Shown here: positions 6,355-15,398 of the stretch, in pieces
Numbering within the stretch: position 1 is the first letter of the stretch
How the letters are laid out: the number at the start of each line of letters is the position of its first letter
Assembly (NCBI GenBank): GCA_035687895.1
Contig: DASRUE010000044.1
Span: 3,555 to 67,554 of the forward strand
DNA from: Bacteroidota bacterium
Lineage (GTDB): Bacteria > Bacteroidota > Ignavibacteria > UBA10030 > UBA6906
Direction of reading: 5' to 3'
Length of the DNA stretch: 64,000 nt
Program-made: the position numbers and the translations under genes
Notes under the pieces: generated by a model
Database searches by the model: none
Seen by the model: only the letters and a program-made list of their open reading frames with translations
Told to the model about the DNA's origin: nothing

Positions 6355-7082
6355 AACGAGAACTCCATTCCTGGCACAGTCCCAATCTCAACAAGCAGAT
6401 GGAGCTTGCGGTCTACGGCCATTACGGACTCGCGCTTCTGATGTTTCCAACGGCGGCTGCGGACTATCTTGAATATGAGCGTTTCCATCTCATTGAAGCG
6501 ATCCGGCCGTTTATCGACTCGGGAAAAGTGAAGGCTTTTTCCATCAACAGTATCAACAGCGAGGCCTGGCTGAACGATCATGTTCCGCCACCATACAGGG
6601 CAGTCCGTCACCAGCAGTACAATCAATATGTGGTGGAGGAAGTGGTGCCATTTATCCGGAACCTGACGAGTCAGGAAACGATGATCATTACGACAGGAGC
6701 AAGCCTCGGTGCGCTGCACTGCGCGAACACACTCTTCCGGCGCCCCGATATCTTCGACGGGACCATCGCCATGAGCGGCTCGTACGACATCAAAGCGTAC
6801 TCCAACGGCTACTATGACGACAACTGCTATTTCAACAGCCCGGTGGATTACCTGCCAAACCTGACCGACGAACGGATCCTCGGTCTACTCCGCTCCAAGC
6901 AACATATCTATATCCTCTCAGGACAGGGGAACTATGAAGCACCGGAACGATCGGTCCAGCTTGGCCAGATTCTTGCAGGCAAGGGCATTCCCCATCACGT
7001 CGACCTCTGGGGGCACGACGTTCCGCACGACTGGCCCACGTGGAGATCGATGTTGCCGCATGTCCTGGGGACGAGGTTCTAG
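6351..7082 (+). CDS. esterase family protein (alpha/beta hydrolase)
   Basis: It has the nucleophile elbow GASLG and an overall putative-esterase (PF00756-like) pattern. Confidence 0.7.
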   Translation: MKRELHSWHSPNLNKQMELAVYGHYGLALLMFPTAAADYLEYERFHLIEAIRPFIDSGKVKAFSINSINSEAWLNDHVPPPYRAVRHQQYNQYVVEEVVPFIRNLTSQETMIITTGASLGALHCANTLFRRPDIFDGTIAMSGSYDIKAYSNGYYDDNCYFNSPVDYLPNLTDERILGLLRSKQHIYILSGQGNYEAPERSVQLGQILAGKGIPHHVDLWGHDVPHDWPTWRSMLPHVLGTRF

Positions 7083-7085
7083 CCG

Positions 7086-7772
7086 GTGACAAGTTCCACC
7101 CAATTCACACTGCTTCAACAGCAGATTATTGACTGTCGGCTCTGTCCGCGGCTTGTGCGATGGAGAGAGAAAACCGCGCGTGAGAAGGTGAAGCGGTTTG
7201 CCGATCAGGAGTATTGGGGCAAACCAATCCCAGGCTTTGGCGATCCGCGCGCCCGGCTTCTGCTCGTCGGACTGGCGCCTGCTGCACATGGTGGAAACAG
7301 GACAGGTCGGATGTTTACCGGCGACAATAGTGGCAACTGGCTCTACCGGGCGTTGCACAAAGCTGGTTTTGCCAATCAACCGTTGTCCGAGCATCGCAAC
7401 GATGGTCTTCGTCTGACGGATTGCTACATCACCGCCACGATTCGCTGCGCACCGCCGCAAAATAAGCCGACGCCTAAAGAGATCCTGAACTGCAAAGAAT
7501 TTCTTCTCAGAGAAATTGAATTGCTGAAGAATGTTCGGGTTATTGTTGGATTGGGGAAGATCGGTTTTGAGGCGGCACTCGAAGCCTATCGTGAGTCGGG
7601 GAAAATTGAATTCAAGTCGAAGCCGAGGTTTGCCCACTGTGCAATGTACAAAATCGGTGGACTCACATTCATCGCCTCATTTCATCCCAGCCAGCAGAAC
7701 ACCTTCACGGGCAGACTGACCGAGCCGATGCTCGACCGCGTGTTCACAACTGCCAGAACGCAGCTTCAATAA
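7086..7772 (+). CDS. uracil-DNA glycosylase, family 5 (UdgB-type)
   Basis: It has the motif GLAPAAHGGNRTGRMFTGD, an N-terminal CRLCPRL Fe-S cysteine pair and a C-terminal HPS motif. Confidence 0.85.
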   Translation: MTSSTQFTLLQQQIIDCRLCPRLVRWREKTAREKVKRFADQEYWGKPIPGFGDPRARLLLVGLAPAAHGGNRTGRMFTGDNSGNWLYRALHKAGFANQPLSEHRNDGLRLTDCYITATIRCAPPQNKPTPKEILNCKEFLLREIELLKNVRVIVGLGKIGFEAALEAYRESGKIEFKSKPRFAHCAMYKIGGLTFIASFHPSQQNTFTGRLTEPMLDRVFTTARTQLQ

Positions 7773-7831
7773 AACCTGTTGGGGCAGAATGTGTTCTTCC
7801 CCTTCGTGAAACTTATCTAAGAGGAATTGTT

Positions 7832-10309
7832 ATGAAGAAGCTTCTTGCCCTTTCGATTGTTGCAAGCCTGCTGCCGCTTGCTGCAAATGCGCAGCGCCTT
7901 CCCAAGGGAAAACTCAATCCCATCCGCGAACGCACGTTCGATGTTCTTCATTACAAAGCCAATCTCGAATTTGAATTTGCCAAAGGGCAAGTATTTGGCG
8001 AGGCAACAATTACATTTGTTCCGCTCCGACAAATAGACAGCATCTCGCTGGACGCCTACTATCTCAGCATCAAATCTGTGAGAGATGAGAAGATGAACTC
8101 ATCCCTTCCTTTTCGTTCGGGTGATAAATCAGTCAACATTAGATTTCCGAAAACCAAATCCGTCGGCGACACGATCAGGATGAGTATCGTGTACAATGCA
8201 ATTCCCCGTGCAGGAATGTACTTTCATTCTGATCCCGGGAATCCTCAGAAGTACATTGTCGATACGTACGGTGAAGGCGGGTTGCACGCCAACTGGCTTC
8301 CCATCTACAATGATGTGAACGACAAGTTCTCGACCGAAATGCTCATCACTGTGCCGCCTCCTTACACAGTTATCTCGAATGGAAAACTCATCGAGACGAT
8401 TATGAAAGGAGAAGGCTTCACAACATACCATTGGCTGCAAACGCTTCCGCACTCAAACTACCTGATCGCATTATACGTCGGGGATTTTGAGGAAGGCAAA
8501 CTCGCGCCTGCATTCGGCACGATTCCGATAAGTTATTGGGTGCCTCGGGGAAGACTGAATGAGGGCGCATACGCGTTTCGGAACACGACGAAGATGGTGG
8601 AGTTTTTCTCCGGCCGTTTCAACTACCGCTATCCGTGGGACAAGTACGACCAGATTGCGGTACCCGATTACTCCATCGGGGCGATGGAGCACACAGGTGT
8701 AACAGGTCATCGCGCCTGCGTGTTGCGGGATTCTACTGCGCCTTTGGATTTCGGGCCGCCGGATTTCACGCAATATTCCGGTGACTGGTCCGCTGAAGCA
8801 ACCATCTCGCACGAGCTTGCACACCATTGGTTCGGGGATAACCTCACGTGTCGCAATCTCAGCTACATCTGGCTGAACGAAAGTTTCGCAAGCTATTGTA
8901 TGATGTTGTGGGATGAGAAATCAGTCGGACGGGACCAGTTGTTGTTCGACGTGCAGCTCGCAAAGAAGCATTATCTGAACTATGTGAAGAAGGAACATAC
9001 TATTCGTCCGCTCGAGTATCAGAACTTCGATAACCCCGATATCATTTACAATGAAGAGCACACGTATCTTAAGGGCGCAATCATACTGCACTCGCTGAGA
9101 ACCGTTTTGGGCGACGAGCAGTTCTTTCGAGCGATGAGTTATTATCTGCACAAGCATGAATTCGGGAATGTTGTGAGCGATGATCTGAAGATTGCGATTC
9201 AAGAAGCGACGGGAGAAAACATTGACTGGTTCTTCAAACAATGGATTACGGGCGCCGGACATCCGCAGTTGGAGGTGAGCTACAAATTTGTCCCCGAACG
9301 AAAGTGCATTGACCTTTCGGTGAAACAAGTGCAGCCCATCGTTGAAGGACAAGGGTTGTTTACGTTCCCTGTTGTGGTAACGATTGCAACGCGGGACAAG
9401 ACCTGGAATGAGAAAGTCCTGGTGAAAGAAGAGAGCGTGCATTTTGTTTTGAAGTGCGACGAGAAACCGTTGATGGTAAGCTTTGATGGTGAGGGCAGCC
9501 TTGTCGCTGAAGCCTCGTTTGAAAAAGAGGTTGATGAACTTGCATATCAGGCAACGCACGATGCGCTGCCCGGCAGGTTGTGGTCGATGCGACAGCTGGC
9601 AGAGAAGTTCCCGACCGATGAAGCAACTCTCGAAACACTCTCGAATATTATCTCAACACCGATCTTCTGGGCAGATGCGGCTGAAGCAGCCGGGTTGCTT
9701 GGTGATGTGCGGACCGATGCAACAATGAAAACAACGCGTCAGGCTTTGGCATCTCCCGACTATCGCGTTCGCAAAAGTGCGGTGCTTGGAATGACGACGT
9801 TTGGGGGGGCAGCAAAGGACATGCTGCAGGAGATTGTACAAAATGATTCTCATGCCGATGTTGTGGCAACAGCCATTGTCGCGCTTGCCAAAGTGGACAA
9901 GAAGCTTGACATTCATGCTATCGAAAAACAGATAGCTCGCAAAGCTTGGTATGACGAGATGGCGATAGCATGTTTGAAGGCGTTTGCGGAATTGAAGAAC
10001 CCTGCCGCTGTCGGTATGATTAGACAATACGCGGGAGGCAGCTACAACCAATATGTTCGCGAAGCGGCGATTTTTGCGTGGAGCGAATGTTCTCCGGGCG
10101 ATAAAGACCTCCACAAAATGTTATGTGAGCTTGCACGCAAGGCAACACTTCGACTGCAGCAAAAAGCAATTGACTTGCTCGGCGATTTGTATGCGATGGA
10201 CGGAGTTCCGACCCTTGAAGAACTTGTAAAATTGGATTTTGATGCAAACGTAACCGCTGACGCGAAGGATGCGTTGGAGAAAATACGGCGTGTTCATACT
10301 CGTGACTAA
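7832..10309 (+). CDS. M1 family zinc aminopeptidase with C-terminal HEAT-like repeats
   Basis: It has a signal peptide, a GAMEH exopeptidase motif, HELAHHWFG (HExxH) and WLNESFA (third zinc ligand). Confidence 0.9.
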   Translation: MKKLLALSIVASLLPLAANAQRLPKGKLNPIRERTFDVLHYKANLEFEFAKGQVFGEATITFVPLRQIDSISLDAYYLSIKSVRDEKMNSSLPFRSGDKSVNIRFPKTKSVGDTIRMSIVYNAIPRAGMYFHSDPGNPQKYIVDTYGEGGLHANWLPIYNDVNDKFSTEMLITVPPPYTVISNGKLIETIMKGEGFTTYHWLQTLPHSNYLIALYVGDFEEGKLAPAFGTIPISYWVPRGRLNEGAYAFRNTTKMVEFFSGRFNYRYPWDKYDQIAVPDYSIGAMEHTGVTGHRACVLRDSTAPLDFGPPDFTQYSGDWSAEATISHELAHHWFGDNLTCRNLSYIWLNESFASYCMMLWDEKSVGRDQLLFDVQLAKKHYLNYVKKEHTIRPLEYQNFDNPDIIYNEEHTYLKGAIILHSLRTVLGDEQFFRAMSYYLHKHEFGNVVSDDLKIAIQEATGENIDWFFKQWITGAGHPQLEVSYKFVPERKCIDLSVKQVQPIVEGQGLFTFPVVVTIATRDKTWNEKVLVKEESVHFVLKCDEKPLMVSFDGEGSLVAEASFEKEVDELAYQATHDALPGRLWSMRQLAEKFPTDEATLETLSNIISTPIFWADAAEAAGLLGDVRTDATMKTTRQALASPDYRVRKSAVLGMTTFGGAAKDMLQEIVQNDSHADVVATAIVALAKVDKKLDIHAIEKQIARKAWYDEMAIACLKAFAELKNPAAVGMIRQYAGGSYNQYVREAAIFAWSECSPGDKDLHKMLCELARKATLRLQQKAIDLLGDLYAMDGVPTLEELVKLDFDANVTADAKDALEKIRRVHTRD

Positions 10310-10391
10310 TTCTTGATGAGGAAATCTTGTAACTCTCCCAAACTTTCGTATCTTTTCATCCAATGTTGTTTGAACTATTTGAGGAAATGAA

Positions 10392-11489
10392 GTGGGTAAG
10401 CTTGCGCTGGTTCTTTCTGGCGGTGGTGCGCGTGGTGCCTTTCAGGCGGGTGCGCTGGTGGAGTTGCTCAGGTATTTCGAGCGTGAAGGAAAGCGGATCA
10501 ACATTCTGTCCGGCACATCTGTAGGCGCATTGAACGGCATGAGCATTGCACAGGCGCTGACGTTGCCTGCCGCTGCCGACGAGATCGAGTCCCAATGGAA
10601 GAAGCTGACAAACGATGACATCTATAAGATCCGTGGCTGGGAGATCTTCGGACTGATCCTGAAATTCGCCACAACCCGAATGGATCTCTGGCCGACGGTT
10701 CCGGGTGTCGATTCACTGTTCGATAATACCCCGCTCTACAAAAAGTATGTGGAAGGATACTTCAAACCGGAAATGATCCGGGCACGGAACACTGTCGATG
10801 AGTTCTATGTCTCCCTCAGCTCACTCAACACTGGCGCGGCGTACATAAAATCCATCACCTCGGAACCGGACAACAGAAAAGCCATGGAGTACATTATGGC
10901 CTCCACAATTACGACAGTAGCGTACCCACCGGTCAGGACGATTGTGGACGACCCCGAAATCCCACCCCACCTCCGCGGCATTCCCCAGCTTTATGCGGAT
11001 GGCGGCATCTCCAACAAAACTCCCCTCAAGAGCATCCTGAAGTTCGGCGACATCAGCGAATTGTTCGTTGTGAACACGTACCCCTCATATCCCAACAAGA
11101 CGGAACATAGCATCAGAGCACGGTTTCCGAATGTCTTCTCCCTGCTGATGCGGACGGCGCTCGAGTTGCTCCCGAACCTCTATTTCCTCCGGGACATCGA
11201 GAGCGTGCGGGACGTGAACAATGACTTGCAAGCGTGGGAACGGATGAGAGCGAAAGTGCTGGATGCTGCTCCCGACAATCAAGCCAGAAAGAAAATCGAC
11301 GAGGTGTTGAGGAAAGAAGAAGAGGAATTCTCGTTTCACGAAGGCGGAAAGCACATTGTCACCCCTGTCATCATAGCCCCGGATGAAGAGCTCCCCGTGC
11401 AAGACACGGAATTTGTTCAGCCGAAACTCGGGGAGACATTTGAGATGGGGAGAGCAAAAGCAAGGGAAGTCCTGAAAACGATGCCGTGA
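10392..11489 (+). CDS. patatin-like phospholipase
   Basis: It has the GGGARG oxyanion loop, the GTSVG nucleophile elbow and ADGG (catalytic Asp). GTG start. Confidence 0.85.
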   Translation: MGKLALVLSGGGARGAFQAGALVELLRYFEREGKRINILSGTSVGALNGMSIAQALTLPAAADEIESQWKKLTNDDIYKIRGWEIFGLILKFATTRMDLWPTVPGVDSLFDNTPLYKKYVEGYFKPEMIRARNTVDEFYVSLSSLNTGAAYIKSITSEPDNRKAMEYIMASTITTVAYPPVRTIVDDPEIPPHLRGIPQLYADGGISNKTPLKSILKFGDISELFVVNTYPSYPNKTEHSIRARFPNVFSLLMRTALELLPNLYFLRDIESVRDVNNDLQAWERMRAKVLDAAPDNQARKKIDEVLRKEEEEFSFHEGGKHIVTPVIIAPDEELPVQDTEFVQPKLGETFEMGRAKAREVLKTMP

Positions 11490-12665
11490 CTATTTGGTGA
11501 GTCTGATTCGGAATGTCGTCCCGGCACCCACGGCGCTTTGCTTGACGTGCAGTTTCCCCTTGTGGTAATCTTCAATGATCCTCTTCGACAGACTCAAGCC
11601 CAATCCCCACCCACGCTTCTTTGTGCTGTAGCCGGGTCGGAAAACTTCCTTGTGGAGCTTCGGGTCGATCCCTTTGCCCGTGTCCGCTACGTCGATCGTG
11701 GTCTTGTGTCCTGATCGCGTGATCGCAAAGGAGATTCTTCCTGTCGGCCCTTCCATCGCATCCAGCGCATTCTTCATCAGGTTCTCGATCACCCACTCGA
11801 ACAGCTCACGGTTGATCATGGCAGGGAAAGCTCCCGGTGTCTCGATGGTCAGCTCGACTCTCTTCCCCGACCGGGGGAGCCTTCTGCCAATATAGTCGAT
11901 CACCCCCTGGATCACGTCGCTCAGATTCTCCTCCTTCAAATCCGCTTTCGATCCGATTTTGGAGAAGCGCGCAGTGACTTTGTTCAACCGGTCTACGTCG
12001 TTCTGCATTTCCCTGATGGTCTCGATCAGTTTTGGGTTTTCGCCCGCGTCGGTTTTGACGAGTTCCAGCCATCCCATGATGCTCGAGAGAGGCGTGCCGA
12101 GCTGGTGAGCGGTCTCCTTTGCCATTCCCACCCAGATATTGCTCTGCTCGCTCCGTTTGATATAGCTGAATCCAATATATGCGATGAAGATGAAAATACC
12201 TGCAAGGGAAATCTCGATGATGGGGAGCCACCGGAGTTGGCGGATCATCTCAGACTCACCGTAGTAAACATAATTGAGGACGAGGGTGTCGTTGAGGGCG
12301 ATGCGGATCGGTCTGTTCCGCGCGGCCATCTCGACCACGGTGGAGCGGAGGAGCGAAGATTTCTCCTCGGACGTGAGGCCGAGCGTGTCGATGTTCTTGA
12401 AGTAAATCGGGTTGTTGTCCGGGTCGGTTTGGATGATGGGAAAATCGATCGTGCGGATGACTTCGAACGAGAAGCTGAAATCCCCTATGCCGGATTTGTC
12501 GTTGGCAACAAACTCGAGGGACCGGGCATAGAGGTCCACGATGTCACGTTCGCGTTCCAGGAGTTGCTTGACGATTTGCTGGGAATAGAGGAGCATCCCG
12601 GCGACGAGTCCTGAAGCGACGATCAGCAGCAGGATTTTGAATGTGTTCGTTCTCGCTCCGCGCAT
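11490..12665 (-). CDS. sensor histidine kinase
   Basis: It has two N-terminal TM segments, the H box ETAHQLGTPLSSI, the N box NLMKNALDAM, and the G boxes DTGKGI / GWGLGLS. Confidence 0.85.
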   Translation of the reverse strand: MRGARTNTFKILLLIVASGLVAGMLLYSQQIVKQLLERERDIVDLYARSLEFVANDKSGIGDFSFSFEVIRTIDFPIIQTDPDNNPIYFKNIDTLGLTSEEKSSLLRSTVVEMAARNRPIRIALNDTLVLNYVYYGESEMIRQLRWLPIIEISLAGIFIFIAYIGFSYIKRSEQSNIWVGMAKETAHQLGTPLSSIMGWLELVKTDAGENPKLIETIREMQNDVDRLNKVTARFSKIGSKADLKEENLSDVIQGVIDYIGRRLPRSGKRVELTIETPGAFPAMINRELFEWVIENLMKNALDAMEGPTGRISFAITRSGHKTTIDVADTGKGIDPKLHKEVFRPGYSTKKRGWGLGLSLSKRIIEDYHKGKLHVKQSAVGAGTTFRIRLTK

Positions 12666-12686
12666 ACGATCACCCGTGTGGTGCTC

Positions 12687-13955
12687 TCACAGGACGATGG
12701 TTTGGTCCCGGCGTGGCCCCACGGAAACAATCCACAGGGGAACGCCGGAAAGGTGAGCAAGCGCTTCCAGGTACCGGTGCGCCTTTGACGGGAGGTTGGC
12801 ATACGAGGTGATCCCCGAAAGCGGGGTTTTCCATCCCTCGAATGATTCGTAAACCGGTGTGATGTGGGCGAGAGACGTCACGTCGGTCGGGAACGTCTTA
12901 AGACGTTTCCCTCTATGCTCGTACCCGATGCACACTTTGATCTCGTCGAATTCGTCCAGCACGTCGAGTTTGGTGATGGCGATCTTTTCGATGCCGTTGA
13001 CCATAGAGGAATACCGGAGTGCGAGGGCATCGAACCAGCCGCATCTCCGCGGCCGGCCAGTGGTGGCGCCGTATTCGTGGCCGGTCGTTCGTAGACGTTC
13101 GCCGGTGGAATCGGTCAGCTCAGTTGGGAAGGGGCCGTTACCAACCCTCGTCGAATACGCCTTGACGATCCCAACGACGGAGGTAATCGCAGTAGGGGGA
13201 ATGCCGAGTCCGGTACACGCCCCACCCGACGTGGGGTTTGAAGAGGTCACAAACGGGTAGGTTCCGTGGTCTACGTCAAGCAACGCACCTTGCGCGCCTT
13301 CGGCAATGATCTTCTTCTCCTGTTTAAGAGCCTGGTTCAAATAGAGTGCGGTGTCGGTGATGTATTCGTCGATCCTCTTGTCGAATTCCTGATACTCATT
13401 GATGATTGCATCGACATCGATCCTGGTCTCTCCGTAAACATTCGTCAGGATCTTGTTTTTCTCCTCGATGTTGGATTTCAGTTTTGAGGCAAAGACGTCG
13501 CGATCGAGGAGATCGACGATCCTGATACCGTTGCGCATGAACTTATCGATGTACGCCGGACCGATTCCCCGTCCCGTTGTGCCGATCTTGTTATGCACTT
13601 GTTCGCGGATGGTATCAAGCTGCTTGTGGTAGGGCATGATCAGATGAGCGTTATGGCTGATCAAGAGCCGCCCCTTGATGTTGACCCCCGCAGCCTGGAG
13701 CTTTTCGATTTCGTCCATCAATGCGGTAGGATCGATGACCGTTCCGTTACCGATAACGCAGGTGATCTGTTCGTGGAAAATACCCGAAGGGATCAGGTGG
13801 AGCACGTATTCCTTGTTGCCGATGCACACGGTGTGGCCAGCGTTGGCCCCCCCTTGATAGCGTGCAACGATGTCTGCATGCTCGGAGAGCATGTCCACGA
13901 TTTTCCCTTTTCCTTCGTCGCCCCACTGGGCGCCGACAATAACCTGGACAGGCAT
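12687..13955 (-). CDS. purA: adenylosuccinate synthase
   Basis: MPVQVIVGAQWGDEGKGKIVD P-loop, GTTGRGIGP and TKLDVL motifs. The start is set at the internal ATG because a terminator lies inside the longer ORF. Confidence 0.95.
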   Translation of the reverse strand: MPVQVIVGAQWGDEGKGKIVDMLSEHADIVARYQGGANAGHTVCIGNKEYVLHLIPSGIFHEQITCVIGNGTVIDPTALMDEIEKLQAAGVNIKGRLLISHNAHLIMPYHKQLDTIREQVHNKIGTTGRGIGPAYIDKFMRNGIRIVDLLDRDVFASKLKSNIEEKNKILTNVYGETRIDVDAIINEYQEFDKRIDEYITDTALYLNQALKQEKKIIAEGAQGALLDVDHGTYPFVTSSNPTSGGACTGLGIPPTAITSVVGIVKAYSTRVGNGPFPTELTDSTGERLRTTGHEYGATTGRPRRCGWFDALALRYSSMVNGIEKIAITKLDVLDEFDEIKVCIGYEHRGKRLKTFPTDVTSLAHITPVYESFEGWKTPLSGITSYANLPSKAHRYLEALAHLSGVPLWIVSVGPRRDQTIVL

Positions 13956-14006
13956 TGGTGGTTGAGTTCCTTTGTCGTGGTGTGTATAGTGCGGTGTCAG
14001 GCGGGC

Positions 14007-14045
14007 AAAAAAAATCTCCGACGCTTCACGTGAGAAAGGTCGGAG
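14007..14045 (-). terminator. Rho-independent terminator of the secD-secF-STAS operon
   Basis: On the - strand a CTCCGAC/GTCGGAG 7-bp stem (14016-14045) is followed by a run of eight T (14014-14007). Confidence 0.7.
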
Positions 14046-14065
14046 AATCAACAGTCAGAAGCAAT

Positions 14066-14407
14066 CTATTTCTTGAAGCTTGCCACCGCATCCTGTGTGG
14101 TATCGTACGTCTCGAGAATCCCGGTGAGTTTCGTAACCTTGATGAGCGCCATGATCTTGGCGGACGCGTTTGCAATCTTCAGGCCACCGCCGGCGTTCTT
14201 CATGGTGGAGACAGTGCCAATTAACATGCCGAGACCGGAACTATTCATGAGCTCGACCCCCGCAACATCGATCACCACATCCTTCTTCCCGGCGTCCACC
14301 AACTCGTGTAACTTGTTATTGAGTGTTGAAGCGTCGGGGCCACCCATCAGATTGCCTTCCAACTGTATTACCGTGACGCCACCTTGCTGTGCGGTCTTGA
14401 ACTTCAT
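14066..14407 (-). CDS. STAS-domain protein (anti-sigma-factor antagonist family)
   Basis: MKFKTAQQGGVTVIQLEGNLMG...DVAGVELMNSSGLGMLI. GGAGG lies 8 nt upstream of the ATG at 14407. Confidence 0.8.
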   Translation of the reverse strand: MKFKTAQQGGVTVIQLEGNLMGGPDASTLNNKLHELVDAGKKDVVIDVAGVELMNSSGLGMLIGTVSTMKNAGGGLKIANASAKIMALIKVTKLTGILETYDTTQDAVASFKK

Positions 14408-14429
14408 GGCACCTGCCTCCGTTGAGCGA

Positions 14430-15347
14430 TTAGTCGATGAGCTTGGCTTTCCGTTTTGACCGCTCGGCCCACTCCACGACGACTGCACTGGCGATATAGA
14501 TCGATGAATAGGTGCCGGTGACAATGCCGATGACGAGCGCAAAGGAAAATCCACGATTGACTTCTCCGCCGAAGATGAGCAACACCACAAGCACCACGAA
14601 GATTGTGCCCGAGGTGATGATGGTGCGACTCAGTGTTTCATTCAGGCTCTTGTTGATTAACTCGATGAGGCCCATGCTGCGAAACACCTTCTGGTTCTCG
14701 CGGATGCGGTCGAAAATCACGACAGTATCGTTGACCGAGAGACCGACCAGGGTGAGGAATGCCGCGACCATGTTCTGTGATATCTCCAGGTTGAAAACGC
14801 CATCGAATAGCGAGATGATGCCCAACGTAACCAACACGTCGTGGAAGAGCGCCACCACAGCCCCAACGCCGTAGATAAACTTGAACCGAAAAGCCACATA
14901 CAAACAAATAGCAATAAGAGAGGCGATGATTGCGTAGAGAGCATCACGCCTCAACTCAGCTCCGATCTTCGGGCCGATCTTGTCCTCTTTCAACACGGTA
15001 AAGGGGTTGGTGGGGAAATGTGCCGTCAACCCTGCACGGATTTGTTCGGCGATGATGTTCCCTTCCCCTGGCTCTGAGGTGCGGATCAGGATGTCCCTGT
15101 CGCTCCCAAAGGTCTTGATCTCCGCCCTGCCGAACCCGATTTTCTCCATTGCGGAGCGAACGTCACCCACCTGGACGTTGTTGGCAAATTGAACGATGAG
15201 CTCTGTTCCGCCGCGGAAGTCGATGCCGTAATCCACACCCTTGACGAAAAGGGATCCCATCCCTACGAGGATCACGACCGTGGATACAATGTACCAGGTC
15301 TTTCTCTTCCCCATGAAATCAATACTTGTCTTGCCGAAAAGCCGCAT
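14430..15347 (-). CDS. secF: protein translocase subunit SecF
   Basis: It has the typical SecF TM pattern and motifs (GIDFRGGTE, SVNDTVVIFDRIRE). AGGAG lies 8 nt before the ATG at 15347. Confidence 0.9.
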   Translation of the reverse strand: MRLFGKTSIDFMGKRKTWYIVSTVVILVGMGSLFVKGVDYGIDFRGGTELIVQFANNVQVGDVRSAMEKIGFGRAEIKTFGSDRDILIRTSEPGEGNIIAEQIRAGLTAHFPTNPFTVLKEDKIGPKIGAELRRDALYAIIASLIAICLYVAFRFKFIYGVGAVVALFHDVLVTLGIISLFDGVFNLEISQNMVAAFLTLVGLSVNDTVVIFDRIRENQKVFRSMGLIELINKSLNETLSRTIITSGTIFVVLVVLLIFGGEVNRGFSFALVIGIVTGTYSSIYIASAVVVEWAERSKRKAKLID

Positions 15348-15398
15348 TACACGTTCTCCTGAGAAAATCATCCGGGCGCGAATACCGCAGCCGGGGAA

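Noticed and set aside
6918-7637. 239-aa ORF antisense to the esterase 3' end and the UDG gene
   Set aside because: It overlaps two genes with clear motifs on the other strand and has no motif of its own.
13956-14051. N-terminal extension of purA. Similar extensions exist at 14408-14590 (STAS), 3487-3645 (methyltransferase), 36070-36120 (RR) and 36170-36244 (TatT).
   Set aside because: The extensions add non-homologous, low-quality sequence ahead of canonical N-termini. The purA extension contains a terminator hairpin plus a T8 run. The internal starts have better RBS context.
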